Assembly (NCBI GenBank): GCA_964016885.1
Contig: OZ024743.1
Coordinates: 58,404,001 to 58,468,000 of the forward strand
Length of the DNA stretch: 64,000 nt
Reading direction: 5' to 3'
Source: Eledone cirrhosa
Lineage: Eukaryota
Below the pieces are notes generated by a model. The model was not told the origin of the DNA. It was given only the letters and a program-made list of their open reading frames with translations, and did not search any database. The position numbers and the translations under genes were made by a program. Numbering within the stretch: the stretch's first letter is position 1; every line of letters starts with the position of its first letter. This document shows, in pieces, positions 12,399-26,321 of this stretch.

Positions 12399-15300
12399 GA
12401 ATTTCAACTTTGTCTGATTTACTCGTTTTATTTACAATGCTTAAAAATTTATAATGGTGTTAGAATTAAATAGTATGGTAGAATATTAAATGTTAAGTGT
12501 TAATTGAACAAGTACTTTCATGCTTTCGCAATCTTCAGGTTCATATTCTGTGGTGACAGTCAAGTTTACAATTTTCAACTGTAATGAGATATATATTATA
12601 TACAGTGAAAAGCAGCTACAGAATGCTACATTCTGCAAACTGTATTTCGACCAATCGGTGTGTAGTTTCAGCGAATTACTAAAGCTGATTGGTTTAGGCG
12701 TCACGGTTGGTTGGGCATGTCTAACGACTTCTATTTGACCCTATCCAAAGCATTAATTGTTTTGCTATTTTTAGAAATGATGAAAAGAGCATTTTCTAGT
12801 AATCATCACCATCAACGTCACTTTTATTATTATTATTGTTGTTGTTGTTGACAGTGGTAGTAGTCGACATGGTCGTAGTCATAGTAGGAGTAATACCCCA
12901 TTATTATTGTTCATTTAGCTTGGGTTAGAATTTATTAATAAAATTCTTTTCTTTGATTTTTCTCTTTATTTCACTTGGGCTGTGTAGTTTGTAGAATAGA
13001 AATATTATAAATATTCTCTGACCACATGTTGCTAGATGGTTACTCAGGGGTATCTGACGGACATTTGAGTCTCTGATTTGCTGTCGGTGCACCCGTGCAC
13101 GTTCCGATAGTGCATTTCCAGTTTGACTGACATATAATTCTTCACAATTGGGGCATTTAATGCAGTAAATTAGATTTCTGCTTTTGCAATTCATATTTGC
13201 ATTTGGGAATATTTTTCCAGTTTTTGTGTTCATATAATGACCGTGGTGTGTGTATGGATTGATATGTTCCACATCGACTTTCATTGCATTTAGATACATT
13301 GAATGATTGGTCTTTGTTGTTAAGGTCAAACTTTGCTTTTGTTAGTAATTGCTTCAAATTTTACGACTGTCTTTTACTAAGAGTCAAAGATCGGTCTGTG
13401 ATTAAGCCTTTTAATTCATTACTTTGAGCAATGATCGATAGGTTTGCGTTGGCAGTGTAGAAGATATTCTGGTGACATGGGTTGTGTGTCATTATAAATG
13501 GTATGACCAGTTCTTGGTTTCTTCTTCCTTGGGTTGTCATAAGTTGTTGTATAGGTATTTTTATAGCCCGCTGTATGCCATTTTCTATAAGTAGAGATGG
13601 GTATTTTTGTTTGAGCAAAATTCTCTCAGTTCTGTGAGGCGTTTGTACCTGGTATTCGTATCTTCTACAATGGTACAAATTCTTCTGGCTAGGCAGTATG
13701 GGATCTTGCATTTTGTGTGAGGTGGATGGCACGACTTAAAATTTAGATATTGATGGGTGTCTGTGTGTTTATAATATATATCCGTGGTAAAGGTGGTGTC
13801 GTTTTTGATTACCATTATATCTAAGAATGGTAATTTGGTACTACTCAACTCTTTTGTGAATTGGAGAGATGGGTGTAGGTTATTCAGGAGGATATTGAAC
13901 TCATCCAGAATATCTAGAGATTCTGTCCAGATGATGAAACAGTCGTCAAGGTATCTCTTCCAAGATTTTTCAATGTACTTTCTAAAGTCAGTGTTATATT
14001 TTTCCTCTATTTCTTGGTAGAGTTGTTGTTCTAAGTATCCCATTACAGAGTTCGCGTAATCGGGAGCAAACTTCGTTCCCATCGCTGTGCCTCTAAGTTG
14101 GATGTAGTTTTTTCCATTGAAGAAGAATGTGTTGTTTTCCAGAATAAGTTTGACTGCGTCTAATATAAATGGCGCTGTGAATCTGGTCGGAATCACTTCT
14201 CTATGTTTTTCCACCCAGTATTTAACCGCCTTTATTCCTAAATCATGTGTAATGTTGGTGTAAAGGCTTACCACATCAAAGCTAAGTAGAAGTGAATTCG
14301 TTTTCGTGGTTTTGCGAAGATGGGACAGGAAGTCGATATCATCCCGGATGAAACTGAGTATGTGATAACATAGTGGTTTGAAAATAATGTCAACAAAATT
14401 GCTTAGACGGTGGGTAGGGGATGTTGGACCAGCTATAATAGGTCTAATTTATAAGTCTTTCGGGTGTAATAATTTAATGTACTCACTGTTTTGTTCTTTT
14501 ACTGCCAGTTGTATTTCTTTTGACTTATGAACTTTCGGTAGGCCATACAGGTTGCTGGGTTTTGGCTCAAAATTGGTGATGTAGTCTCTTTCATTATCAG
14601 TAAGTGAGTTGTGGTATTTTGAAGCCAGGTTGTTGATCTTCTTCATGATGTGGTCTATATTTGATGGTATTTCATGATAGAATGTTGTGTCTTTCAGTTG
14701 TTCCTCAACCAAATCTTTGTAGTATTCAGCATCCATTCTAACAACTGCATTCCCTTTATCTGCTTGTTTAATTATTATTTTTTTATCATTTTGTATACGT
14801 TTAAGTGCAGACATTTCTGATTTGTTAATGTTTGGCCTAATATTAGTATTACGTGTAAGAGGAAATTTAGACAGGATGTCAATGTATTGGTTGAGATAGA
14901 TATTTCTTCCTTTTGGCGGAGTGAAATTTGATTTATTCTTTACTAGTACTTCATCACTCTCACTACTTTTATCAGCGAAGAATTCTACAAGACGTAATTT
15001 TCGACAGAATTCTTGGGTATCCTCCTTCAGTTCTTGGTGGTTGACTGTTGGAGTCGGTGTGAATTTCAGTCCTTTTGACAAAATTTGCATTTCATCATTG
15101 TCAAGATCTCTTTTAGGATATACGTGTATAGTTGTTTTGGATATGTTTCCTCCTGGAGTTTTGCTTTTACCGGTTTTTGTTGTCTTGACGTTAAACAATG
15201 GATTTTTCTCTGTTCAGGACTTATATTCCTGTTGGTGTTTGCTTGATGAACTTTTGGTCGGGATATTATATCTGGTTTCGTTATGCTTTTTGTCCTATTT

Positions 15301-15460
15301 TTGGTATTATGTATATTTAATTTCCATTTCTTGTTAGCATTATTTTTAACAATCTGGGGAAATGACCTAGGTTTGCTTTCAGGTTTAGATCGTTTTTTCG
15401 CCCAGTTTCTTGTGGGTAATCTCTGTTGAGATCTTGAGAGTGATCTGTTTATTCTACGGT

Positions 15461-15461
<1 letters not shown>
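12394..15461 (-). mobile_element. Near-full-length Penelope-like element, probable Neptune clade (frameshifted)
   Basis: [75 protein letters not shown], Cys linker KCNESRCGT, GIY-YIG NLIYCIKC..LYV; (TA)n at both ends. Confidence 0.92.
12505..12543 (-). ncRNA. Minimal type I hammerhead ribozyme in the Neptune-like 3' end
   Basis: TGAAC-CTGAAGA-T TGC GAAA GCA T-GAAAGTACT-T|GTTCA; palindromic AAGTACTT. Confidence 0.82.
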
Positions 15462-15530
<69 letters not shown>

Positions 15531-15547
15531 GATACATACAAACATAC

Positions 15548-15617
<70 letters not shown>

Positions 15618-15622
15618 GATAA

Positions 15623-16236
15623 TATATGTAGAAATAAATTGTGTGGTCTGTAATTACGAGGGTAGAAATACCACCTTGGTTTGATAGATTTGACCTGAAG
15701 CATACGTAAGTTATACAATATATATATACAGACCGCATCAATAACTATTTCATCTCTCGGACAGATTAGAGATTTAATCTGTTTCGCTCTGAAAATTGTA
15801 CTAAGGTGTACTAAGGCTATTATTTCTAGCATATCCACTCACACCACTTTTAACGTCCAACGCACGATGTGAGATATTCATTCATCTGGATTGTAGTTAC
15901 ATGTGTTTGTTCCATTTTATCTTATCTCTCGCTGAGGAAATCCTACGGATTATCGGTTACAAACCAATTTTCAGGGCGAAACAGATTAAATCTCTAATCT
16001 GTCCAAGAGATGAAATAGTTATTGATACGGTCTGTATATATATATATATTGTATATCTTAGGTATGCTTCAGGTTAAATCTATCAAACCAATGTGGTATT
16101 TCTACCCTCGAAATTTTAGACACACAATTTACTGTGTTTATTTCTACATATATTAATATATAATGCTCAGTATTTATACTTTGAGCTTGTGTTAATTGCA
16201 GGGTATCACGATGAGTTAATAACAGTGTATTTTATT

Positions 16237-16240
<4 letters not shown>
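15623..16240. repeat. Inverted-repeat PLE/retrozyme tail
   Basis: 15623-15798 is approximately the reverse complement of 15965-16152; bounded by (TA)n. Confidence 0.75.
15924..16011 (+). ncRNA. Hammerhead ribozyme with damaged stem II
   Basis: ATCTCTCG-CTGAGGA...GAAACAGATTA AATCTC TAATCTGTC|CAAGAGAT; 8-bp stem III; the 5' strand of stem II appears partly deleted. Confidence 0.55.
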
Positions 16241-16320
<80 letters not shown>

Positions 16321-16324
<4 letters not shown>

Positions 16325-18357
16325 GGAACGAGTAGGACCCCGACGGCTGAGCTCAAGCCGTTTCGACGGCTAATTCTGGACTAAATGAACATTTTTATCC
16401 TGGTAAATGAATAGCCTAACTTCTCAGGGGGTAATTCCATATATGGTAAAAGTGATTGTCACAAGGATTGGTCAAACGTTTGTTGTTGAGACACATGATT
16501 CTATCATGGCATTTTGTGGAGGTAGGGGTAGCTGAACTTGCCAGTAGAAGAAAGAGGGAATGGGAGTGGAGGAAACCCATCGAGCGTTGAAAGTGACGAC
16601 TACAGCAGATTCTAAGGAAGAGGTCGAAAAAGTATACTAGAGAGGGGGAGGGGGGAGGAAGTCCAAACAATAAGTAAATCTATATGGAGTAAATATAAAG
16701 AAAAATATTAAAAACATTAAAAATATAAAAAAACACAATTTCTGGTTACTAATCCCCTACCACAATCATCAAATCTCTCACTGGTACTGCTAAACTATAG
16801 AAACGTTTAATAGGTGGGACGGAATACTAAATACGAGATTGTAGTGAAAGAATTTTATGAGTTAGTAGTAATCGGACAAATCTATTTTACAATGACTGAT
16901 CAACAAGTAGGGGGCCAAAATACTAAAAAAAACTAATACGTAGTAATAATTCAGAGTCCCGAAACTAATACGAAATATTAATTCAGAATATACAAACTAC
17001 ATAAATGCTCGTTCGATATATATGAAAAACTAATACGAGAAATTAATTCAGAATCCCCCCCACCCCACCCCACCCCCAAATAAAAAACTGATATACGAGA
17101 AACTAAAGTAGAGACACCACTAAGAAATCCAGAAATCACGGAAATGGGGCAGAAATCAGATAAGAAAGCAAGTATCTGGGGTCTAGCACATCTGCTATAA
17201 AAAGCGGAATCGGCCAATTCTATCATATAATAGGGGGGGGGGGTACTGAGACTACAGAGGACCGAAGGGCTGCCTCGGGGTGGGCGAGAAGGTGAAAAGA
17301 ACGACGACAAAGAAGGAGATCTGGGGTGGAAGGATTAAGGAGGCATGGGCGGAAGAAGGAAATATAGAGGAAATGATAAAAAATATATAAGAAAATCTTA
17401 CGTCTACCTTTGTAAGCATGTAAATCTTACGTCTACCATTACAAAGTCGGCAAGTGGGGTGTTTCAGCCCTAGTCTACTCCCTCGGGTCATTATGGGGTT
17501 TGAGGGTGAGGTAAGTCCTACGTAATCTGTGTTTGCATGCAGTTACCAGTTCGTCTTTCTTGTTTAGGAGTTGGTCCGTCGAAAACAGCATTTGTAATGT
17601 TTCCTCCGAGCATAAGTGACAGGGACGGCGTCCTCCTGAGTAAGAGTTGGCTCTGGAAAGTAAGCTCCAAGTGAGATTATAGGTTATATTGTTATCTTTG
17701 AGGTCCCAGATGTGGCCCGAAAGTGTAGTGGAGTGACGCCGGGCCGGTTTCGGAAAATATGTCTGTGTTGGTATAGCCGTGTCTTGAAGTCACAAGCGGT
17801 TATCCTATATAAGCTTTGTGGGAGGTGTCCGTCATCACTTTGCACTGGTAGATCACATTACGATCTGCATCTGTTATCGAGGGAGCAAATGGATCCATCA
17901 GGACAGTTACACCTCCTGGTCGGCTCTCCACTGCTATCTAGGTTATTTCTTCCATAGGGGTTGAGTTTTTTGTTGTTAGAGGAGACGTTATTTTGTGCAA
18001 AGTTAGGTGTGGTGCTGTATGAGAGTTTGATGGTATTTTTGTTGATTATGTTGTGGTAGCGGTGTTGTAGTGGGAAGTGTTTTTCTATGAGCCTAAAGAA
18101 GATTTTCCCGATAGGTGTTGTCACCTCGGCGTTGTGGGGAGGATTGAATCATGATACGGTGCGAGAGCGGCGGTGTCGCCTGCTAGTTCCGTTAATGGGA
18201 GCAGGACAGTAGGATATTTCCTCCCGGAAGCCACTCCGCTTGAGGGCCTGGTTGAAATAAGGCGCATGTTCCTCGAATATCTGCTCATTAGCGGACAAAC
18301 GAGATATGCGAAGGGAGATGTTTTCAAGCAGGTTATTGGTGATGTTTCTAGGATGGT
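16321..18357 (-). mobile_element. Second, degenerate copy of family-A PLE
   Basis: Coding part is close to 3925-4830 (TTPIGKIFFRLIEKHFPLQHRYH...); the 3' UTR is more diverged. Confidence 0.9.
16337..16432 (-). ncRNA. Family-A hammerhead copy with C3.A8 mismatch
   Basis: ACCCC-CTGAGAA-G...TAGCCGTC-GAAACGGC TTGAGCTCA GCCGTC|GGGGT. Confidence 0.6.
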
Positions 18358-19128
18358 GTCAAAGGCCTCATTGTTGAGGTGGTTGTGTGTGGAGATATAT
18401 GGAAGAGCTTTTAGTTTCGGTTGATTTACTTTAGGGTGTCTAAGGTCCTGGGTACTGAGTTTTAGGGCACGTTGGATTCCATTGTCAATTAGTGATGCAG
18501 GGTAGTCCCTGCCTATGAGTGTGTCCTTCAGTTCTTGTAGCCGTAAGTAACAGGTGTTTTTATTGGAGACTATAGTACAGATTCTCTTGGCTAAGTTGTA
18601 GGGAATATTAATTTTAACGTGTCTAGGGTGGCAAGAGTTGAAAGGAAGATATTTCTTGGAGTCTGGGGGCTTGTAGTATATGTCTATTTCTATTTTTTTT
18701 TATGAATCTTAATGAGGATTTCGAAGAAGGGGAGTTGTTGATGGCTGTATTCCATCGTAAAGTTAATATTCGTGTTGACCCCATTTATAAGGGTGTGAAA
18801 TTCTTTAAGTTTCTCGATGTTTTCCTTCCAAAGGATGAAGCAGTCATCTAGATATCGCTTCCAGTTCTTTTCTATGTGTAAGTGGAGAGTGTTTCCAAAT
18901 TAGTTTAGTACTTTAGTGTAGAGGGTGATTTCCAGGTATCCCATGACTAGGTTGGCATAAGTGGGGGCTGTATTCGTTCCCATAGCGGTCCCAGATTTCT
19001 GCCTGTAGGGTTTGTTATTGAAAACGAAGTAATTGTTCTCCAAGATAAATTTGAGTCCCTCTATCACGAATTCTTTTTTGATGCGTTGTGGGAGTTCATT
19101 GTCGTAATTATCCAGCCAGAATTGATGG
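18358..19128 (-). mobile_element. Neptune-like PLE RT fragment fused to the family-A copy
   Basis: FILENNYFVFN, GTAMGTNTAPTYANL, WKRYLDDCF, SCHPRHVKINIPYNLAKRICTIV. Confidence 0.85.
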
Positions 19129-19389
19129 ACACATACATATTTGTACACAAGTATTCCCATACGGCAGGGCCTAATGGATTCCCCTTGCAGTACGTATAAT
19201 CTGGACACTCACACACGCCTCGGTGTTATGACAATACTATACATCATCTCGCCCCTTTTATTATTAATGTTTTTGATGTTCTTTTTGCAAATTACTGCAA
19301 ATATCGAATAATGTACACCATTTTTACCAGTATCACAAAAATAATGGTCCATCCACACACACAGACACACACAAACACACACCACACAC

Positions 19390-19425
<36 letters not shown>

Positions 19426-19596
19426 ACACACACATATACACGCGTACACTAACATACAAACAGACATATACACACACACACACACTTCTTCGTATAAGAC
19501 AAGAGCTGAAATATATCTTTCAACATGTTAAAATATCCCCCACACACGGACAGACATATTCCTACTGACCGAATCGCTCTAACATGAACCACTCTG

Positions 19597-19662
<66 letters not shown>

Positions 19663-19781
19663 ACACACACACATATTTGTCTTAATAGACACCTGAACTG
19701 TTGACCTTTCAACATGACTGAAATTCACACACACATCCCTGCTGACCATTATCACAACAATGAACCTCTTTACTACACACG

Positions 19782-19884
<103 letters not shown>

Positions 19885-20379
19885 TTGTCTTAAAAAACTT
19901 ATTTTTCAGTGACTTCTCAATCACACTAAAAAGGACACTCTTCGACAAACCTACATTTGACGCAAAATCAATTTTTAACATTCACGTGACCTCTACCGAC
20001 CAATCAAAATTGTTTTGACTACAAGAATTTTTGCAACACGAGTTGGTGCGAAATTTATAGTACTCATTCACGTAACATTCAACAACCAACCAAATCTTAA
20101 TACCTCTGGAGCCACTTATTTCACATAAAACAGGAAGAATTTCCAAAACTGATCAGATTAGAGCAAACATCACGAGCGCTCTATCTCAAAATTATTTTTG
20201 AAAAGCATTAGAAATGCGCAACCGGTAAAAACTTAAAACTAAAACTGAATACTAACCAATACTTATTACTAATTTATACTTATTCCTAATTAAACTATTT
20301 TTCACTGAGAATAATTTGTCAGCATTATCTTTTTCTTTTACTAATATATCACAACTCGTGTGTTACACCTCCATTCTTT

Positions 20380-20450
<71 letters not shown>

Positions 20451-20454
<4 letters not shown>

Positions 20455-21139
20455 TAAAACATGTCTATAGAATCGCCAGATAAAATATATACCGTTTCCT
20501 CTCCCAATTAGTATAATTAACCATATAAAAAAATCAATTAGACCAAGCTATAAGAATAAAGGGTTCTATGAAGAAATCTCCGACAAATAAGCGAAAGCAG
20601 CCCCTTCCCGGTGGTTACGACGGATTATTTATCGAATATTTCTACAGCATGTATAAATCGACCAGATATACAGTCAACTAAACAGAATTAGGTGTAAAAT
20701 AAACTAGAAGAAAGTGTACATATTTAATTACCTCTACCATTGTTTCATCCGCATTTTAAGACATCCGATAACATTGGAAATCTAGAGCTTCGGATTCTTC
20801 ACGAAGTTAGCTCAAATTTAGACAATTAATTTTCCAAAGTGATCGCGCCAAGAATACATTCAAAAATGGCTAAGAATCGTGATGTGGCAGCGGTCAAGTA
20901 AGAAAGGATGTGATTAGTTGGTTACGGCTGGTAGGCTTTTTGCTAGAAAGCGCAGCCCAATACAGCCAAAATTGTATCTCAACCTAACGGGAGATTATTA
21001 TATATAAAGGTTTACATATATATATATATAAAGTTATAAATATATATGTGTTTTGCAACGGGTTACTTTGTGGCTCAATGAAGAATTAATAAATTAAATA
21101 ATCAGAGCTATATATCATAAACCATTCTATAGAATCGCC

Positions 21140-21143
<4 letters not shown>
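20451..21143 (-). mobile_element. Non-coding ~663-bp partial tandem unit with HHR
   Basis: ATCATAAA..TCTATAGAATCGCCAGATA at 20451 recurs at 21114; (TA)n on both sides. Confidence 0.55.
20730..20807 (-). ncRNA. Hammerhead ribozyme, C3->G (probably decayed)
   Basis: ACTTC-GTGAAGA-ATCCG...CGGAT-GAAAC AATG GTA|GAGGT. Confidence 0.55.
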
Positions 21144-21203
<60 letters not shown>

Positions 21204-21620
21204 ATTCAACATATGGATTACATCGAGTTCTTCATGCAGAATAGACACCACAACTTACTGGGGATACCTCTGTGTATATATATATATATATATACTATTG
21301 TGGTTACCCCCGATTGAACCCGGGATAACTTATATATATATATATATATAAAATTCAAAGATTGAAAAGCACGACAATGCAGGTTTAGACGGAGAATAAT
21401 TAAATCGTAAGAAACAGGGTTTGTTTGTTGACCTCAATTTATTTCGAGATTAATATCTCTTCTCTCGAGGAAAATAGAGGAAATATTCCAGTGTCAGAAG
21501 AAGGAATATTAAGGGATATGAATAAATTAAGGTAAACAAATTAATTATTCTCCGTCTGAACCTGCACTTCAAATGTCCTTTATATATATACAATGCTTCA
21601 AGTAAACTACACATTCTTTC

Positions 21621-21758
<138 letters not shown>

Positions 21759-23079
21759 AAATTTTATATATATATATATATGTGTGTGTATATATATATA
21801 TATATAACATTTTATATATATATATATATGTGTGTGTATATATATATATATATAAAATTATAAGTTTGAAGAAGAGTCAGACAAAATCTATCTAATTCTT
21901 TTCCTCCTTAGTCGGTAGAAATCAACTAGACAAATAATCATTTAAACCGAGTGTTGAAGAGGGTGATATTTGGACATCCTGAAGGATGAAATACAAGACC
22001 CGGCAAAGGCGGAGGAACTCAGCAGAGTCAACGGCCATCCAAATAGTACTTTTATTTTCTATTTTCACCTGGGAATGAAAGGCTCCCAGTTGTTGTCACA
22101 ACACCTTTCTAGAATAGGGAAACTCTGAAAAAAAAAACTGCAGCTTCGGAAGCATCTGATGATGTTGACCAGTTCTCTTTTTCGGGTAGTATTTTCGATG
22201 TTCAGAGAGTGGGATTAGTCTGAGTGCAACGCCTTTCCCCACTTAAAAAAAAACATTCAAAGCCTTAGTATTGCTTGTTCAGGATATGTTACAGGTTCGT
22301 GTTACTGGCCGTAGCCTAAAAGTGCACCAAACTCTATAATCCTCCAAATAATTGCAATATTCTTAACAGAGTTTGCAACCATTACATATACTAACAGAAA
22401 AATCACCCTTCGAGTGGTTTTCTGCTAGCATGTGTAGTGTGCATATTGATATTAGCCTCTCCATCACCCGAGAGGTAACACTGCGAGTGCGCTGGCTTGC
22501 CTAAAAAATAATTGCCCAGTACTCCTCGGTGCTGTCTTTTGCTCTGGTGGTGACTCGGTTGTTCACTCCTTCCTGAACATTTTCTTTAATATTGCAACAT
22601 TAAAGGAATATATCCTTCTGACAGAATCGCGAGCAATTTATAATGTTATCTAAGCATTTGTAATGTTATTTATATATATATTTAAACATATTTATGTTAT
22701 TCTACTGTAAATTTATTTATATGCTTTGTATATATCCTATGTGTTCATATTTTCATTCCCATTTGTAACGTATATATATATATGCATGTAGATAGGATAC
22801 ATCAAATAAAATCGTAATTGACAATATACACAGGTGAACGAAGACTGCGTTACACACTCTAATGTAATTAGTAACGTAATCCATACATTAAAAAAAGACG
22901 ATATTATATATAAACTGCATTAGGAGATAATTAGTTACGGAAATATATGAATGTTTATTTAAGCGATCTCTAACCAGATGTGTTGATATTAGGAAGTTTT
23001 AAAGAAGTGAATCTTCAAATAAACAGCTACGAAATTTAGTAGATAAATTATGTAATATTCATTCATTATTTATTCAAAG

Positions 23080-23165
23080 ATTGCTTTTCATCCTTACGGG
23101 GTCAATAAAATAAAGTACCAGTAATACACTGGGTAATTGCTGGCCTTGTGCCTAAAGTAGAAACA
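23080..23165 (+). mobile_element. 5'-truncated SINE family 1
   Basis: Core plus 3' end; 15-bp TSD ATTATTTATTCAAAG. Confidence 0.8.
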
Positions 23166-23251
23166 ATTATTTATTCAAAGTAATCCAACTTATTTTACTA
23201 ATTGGATTAAAAGAAATAAACCGTACGCTGTCCCGCACTCCTTACTTTATT

Positions 23252-23377
<126 letters not shown>

Positions 23378-23776
23378 TGTGTGCGTGCGCCAGAATCCTA
23401 TAAACGAAAGGTTTCCTTGTCGTTAGTCGGATGATATGCACTTCTGATGAGGATACAACTAGCTACGAACATTGATTAAAGATGTTTATCAATTTTTCAA
23501 TTTACAAGGGAATTCTTATTTTCTGTCATGTTTACATGCATGCATATTAGATGTGTGTATATAATTGAGCACATTGGTGCAGTTGCGGTTACACACTGTA
23601 TTTATGCAAATATAACTTTCTCATACACCTCGGCTGCTAGCGCAACATCAAATCCCAACTCAGAGAGTATTTCACTTCGGTGCCCTTCGATATAATCAAG
23701 AGTTCAAGGTCTGTGAAATGCTACGAATCATGCGGGCAGTAGTTTGGGTATGAATTGTTTCTTAGCTTCACAGGTA

Positions 23777-24069
23777 CTGTTGGGTCCCAAATAATATGGT
23801 GGGGAGGGGAATCGGTAATTTTTCTAGGTTGTCTTACTTCATTTTTTTTAGATGCCAGAATTATTTCTTTAGTTTACATATTGAGATTCCAGCCCATCCT
23901 ATTTATTTTATTTTTTGTTGTTATTTTTGTCATGTCTAGTTCTTTTTTGAATGTTTAAAGAAATTTAATTAGCACAGGGATGCTACGACTTAAAATAAAA
24001 GCGGGTTGGTGAGAAAAATCTGAATAGTTAATAAGCGGTAGGAGGGTGGCATTATTCGAAACCCGAGAG
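23777..24069. mobile_element. MITE (TA-flanked, TIR ~CTCTCGGGTCCCAAATAAT)
   Basis: Homologous to copies at 28448, 34412, 36400 and 44669. Confidence 0.65.
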
Positions 24070-24284
24070 TATAAAAAGGTAAGCCAATAAGTTGTTTTTC
24101 AAAGTACATCCTCACGAAAAATGTAATAATAACTACCCGCATTGTCGTTATATCCCACAAACGAAACGTTAAAAGCATTACCACATATAGTCGCTAAATA
24201 TATCGACTATTAGAAATTCCGCCTCACGGCTCTCCTTACTCGGGAGAGATGGATTTAGTCGAATCAACGCTCAATAGAAATTCT

Positions 24285-25110
24285 CCATTATTATTTAATT
24301 ATTTATTCATTTTATTTACCTAATCAATTTAAACGTATAGATCATAACATAGTAGGTGAGATTTCTAATGCACCTTAAGATACAAGAACAGGGAGAGAAA
24401 AAAGTAAAGAGAGAGAAAGGTAACCGGAGGCAAAATACGCATAAACAAGAAAAATATAAAAAAAACAAACAACCTAAAGCTGCTCCAACAAAATTTTAAT
24501 TGTAAGGGAGACAACCCACAAACAACCAACAAACAAGTAAGCTAGAGTTCTCTCCCTTGATTAATTTTATCGTAGTTCTGACGATATATATATCGAGGTA
24601 TTTACGAATAACTTCGAGGATGCTGAAGGCGTCACGGTCTTTTTCTTTCTTTTTTTTTTTGTCTATGACATCAATGTTTTTAACGATCGACATCATAGAT
24701 TACTTGATTACATGTAGTAATGTAATGGAGAGCCATAGACGTTTAAAGAAACAGAGAGAAAGTGACCTACGAACGTGTATCATCCACTTCTCTTCGCCTT
24801 TTATTGCCGGCCGACAGAATGGAGAATACATCGTCCTGGGGGACCTCACAAGACTCGTACTTGCGCCTGGCCAATTCCTCTCCGATAGCATATCTGAGAG
24901 CGACCCATGCTTGGACAGTTTGTTCTCTTCGGATTGGCAGGCATCAGAGCCTGGCCTGGTAGCCGAACGTACCAGGTTGCCACTTGAGCAGGTGTTACCG
25001 CATGTGGAATGCCAGATAAGGGGCCTACTCCATACAGAACGGGAAGATTGTGGTGTTGTCTGGCCTTTTGCCGTTGCATCTTTTCGATCTTAGACCTCAT
25101 CGTTTCTGAT
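24285..25110 (-). mobile_element. L1/Tx1-like LINE 3' remnant
   Basis: Degenerate C-terminal region (KLSKHGSLSD...), pyrimidine-rich 3' UTR, AATAAA-rich tail. Confidence 0.45.
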
Positions 25111-26321
25111 GACATGTGCTGTAGTTGTTCAGAACAACGGAACAGACTGCTTGTAAAATTATTGTGCATAGATATTGTCCATAGATAAGTGTACACATAA
25201 GTATTTGTACACTTAACGTAATTCTCACCGGGGCTCAGCTAGGCAGTGTGTAACATGGACGGTTGTCTGAATTATAGTTGCAGTCCATCACGAATTACAT
25301 TATAAGTGGCTGAAATCCTACAGGTATGTGTACTCTGAACGAAATCCAAAGGGAGATTCAACATGACACAGTATGCCGCAGGGTTCGTCCTTTCATGTAC
25401 AGGTGCCTCACGTTTTGCTAGCTGAAGTGACTGCAGTAATCTAAAAGTCCTCAAGGACACAACACCTTACAGGCCATGACCCTACAACCCTGAGCATATC
25501 ACCCTATCCTTTATTTATCACCCTATCCTTTATTTGATAACACTGTTGGGAACCTAAAATGGTAAGACATATTCTTGGGTATTGGACAACATTTGGTTAT
25601 TGGACGGTTTCGATGCCACTGCGTGATATCTTGGTCAAGTGTCATTTACATTGTGAGTGAAATACGGTAGGCGGAGCCGGTATTGATACCCGTTGGATGA
25701 ACTGTACCTATAATATAAAAGGACAGCCTGGACACACTGTGTGGGATGCTCAGGTATGTTAATTTCATGAGTAGGCTGTTCAGTTGACTGAACAACTGGA
25801 GCACCCATCACCGAAATCCATAGATGTCTCTCAATCGATCGATTCTTGTATATATTACGCGCGCTGATTCCAAATATGGTTTCTGATTAAGGCCAGCGAG
25901 TTGGTGGGAGAGTAAGTGGATTAGATTGAAACCAGTGCATTACTGGTACTTTATTTTATTGACCCTGTAAGGATGAAAGGCGAAGCTAACCTAATTGAGT
26001 TTTGAACTAAGAACGTAAAGGGACGTATCTATATGCCTCAAAGTATGTTATCCGGCTGATTTCAAATATGATATCAGTTTTTTCTACCATTTATGTTTGG
26101 AAATGTCCCTTTATATGATGATGCATCTATTCATTTGTTGAAATGAGGGACCCTGTGTTGCCCCACGCTTTGCTGTATTAGAAATTTGATCTACGTTTGA
26201 GTACATTTAGATCGCTGAATCCCAAAATGGCATCAATCGTATTCTATCAAATTTAATTAATTAATGATCTGCTTTTCAGTTTAAAAAACACCAAACATAT
26301 GAATGTTATTAATATATTAGA

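Noticed and set aside
10880-14451. Selenocysteine recoding, as reported for Naiad PLEs
   Set aside because: The PLEs here have C-terminal endonucleases and are broken by TAA/TAG stops and frameshifts. The single Cys->TGA at ~10882 lies in an RTE copy with several other lesions, so decay is the simpler explanation.
21445-21485. Possible hammerhead on minus (CCTC-GAGAGAA-GAGAT/ATCTC-GAAA...GAGG) inside an inverted repeat
   Set aside because: Core positions 3-4 are wrong and stem III is minimal; too degenerate to call.
23443-23485. CTGATGA motif (similar ones at 22157, 25146, 41055 and 48396)
   Set aside because: No matching stem II plus GAAA plus stem I partner.
24200-24290. Hairpin-containing segment beside the Tx1-like tail, considered as an snRNA target
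   Set aside because: No recognisable match to U1-U6 motifs by eye.
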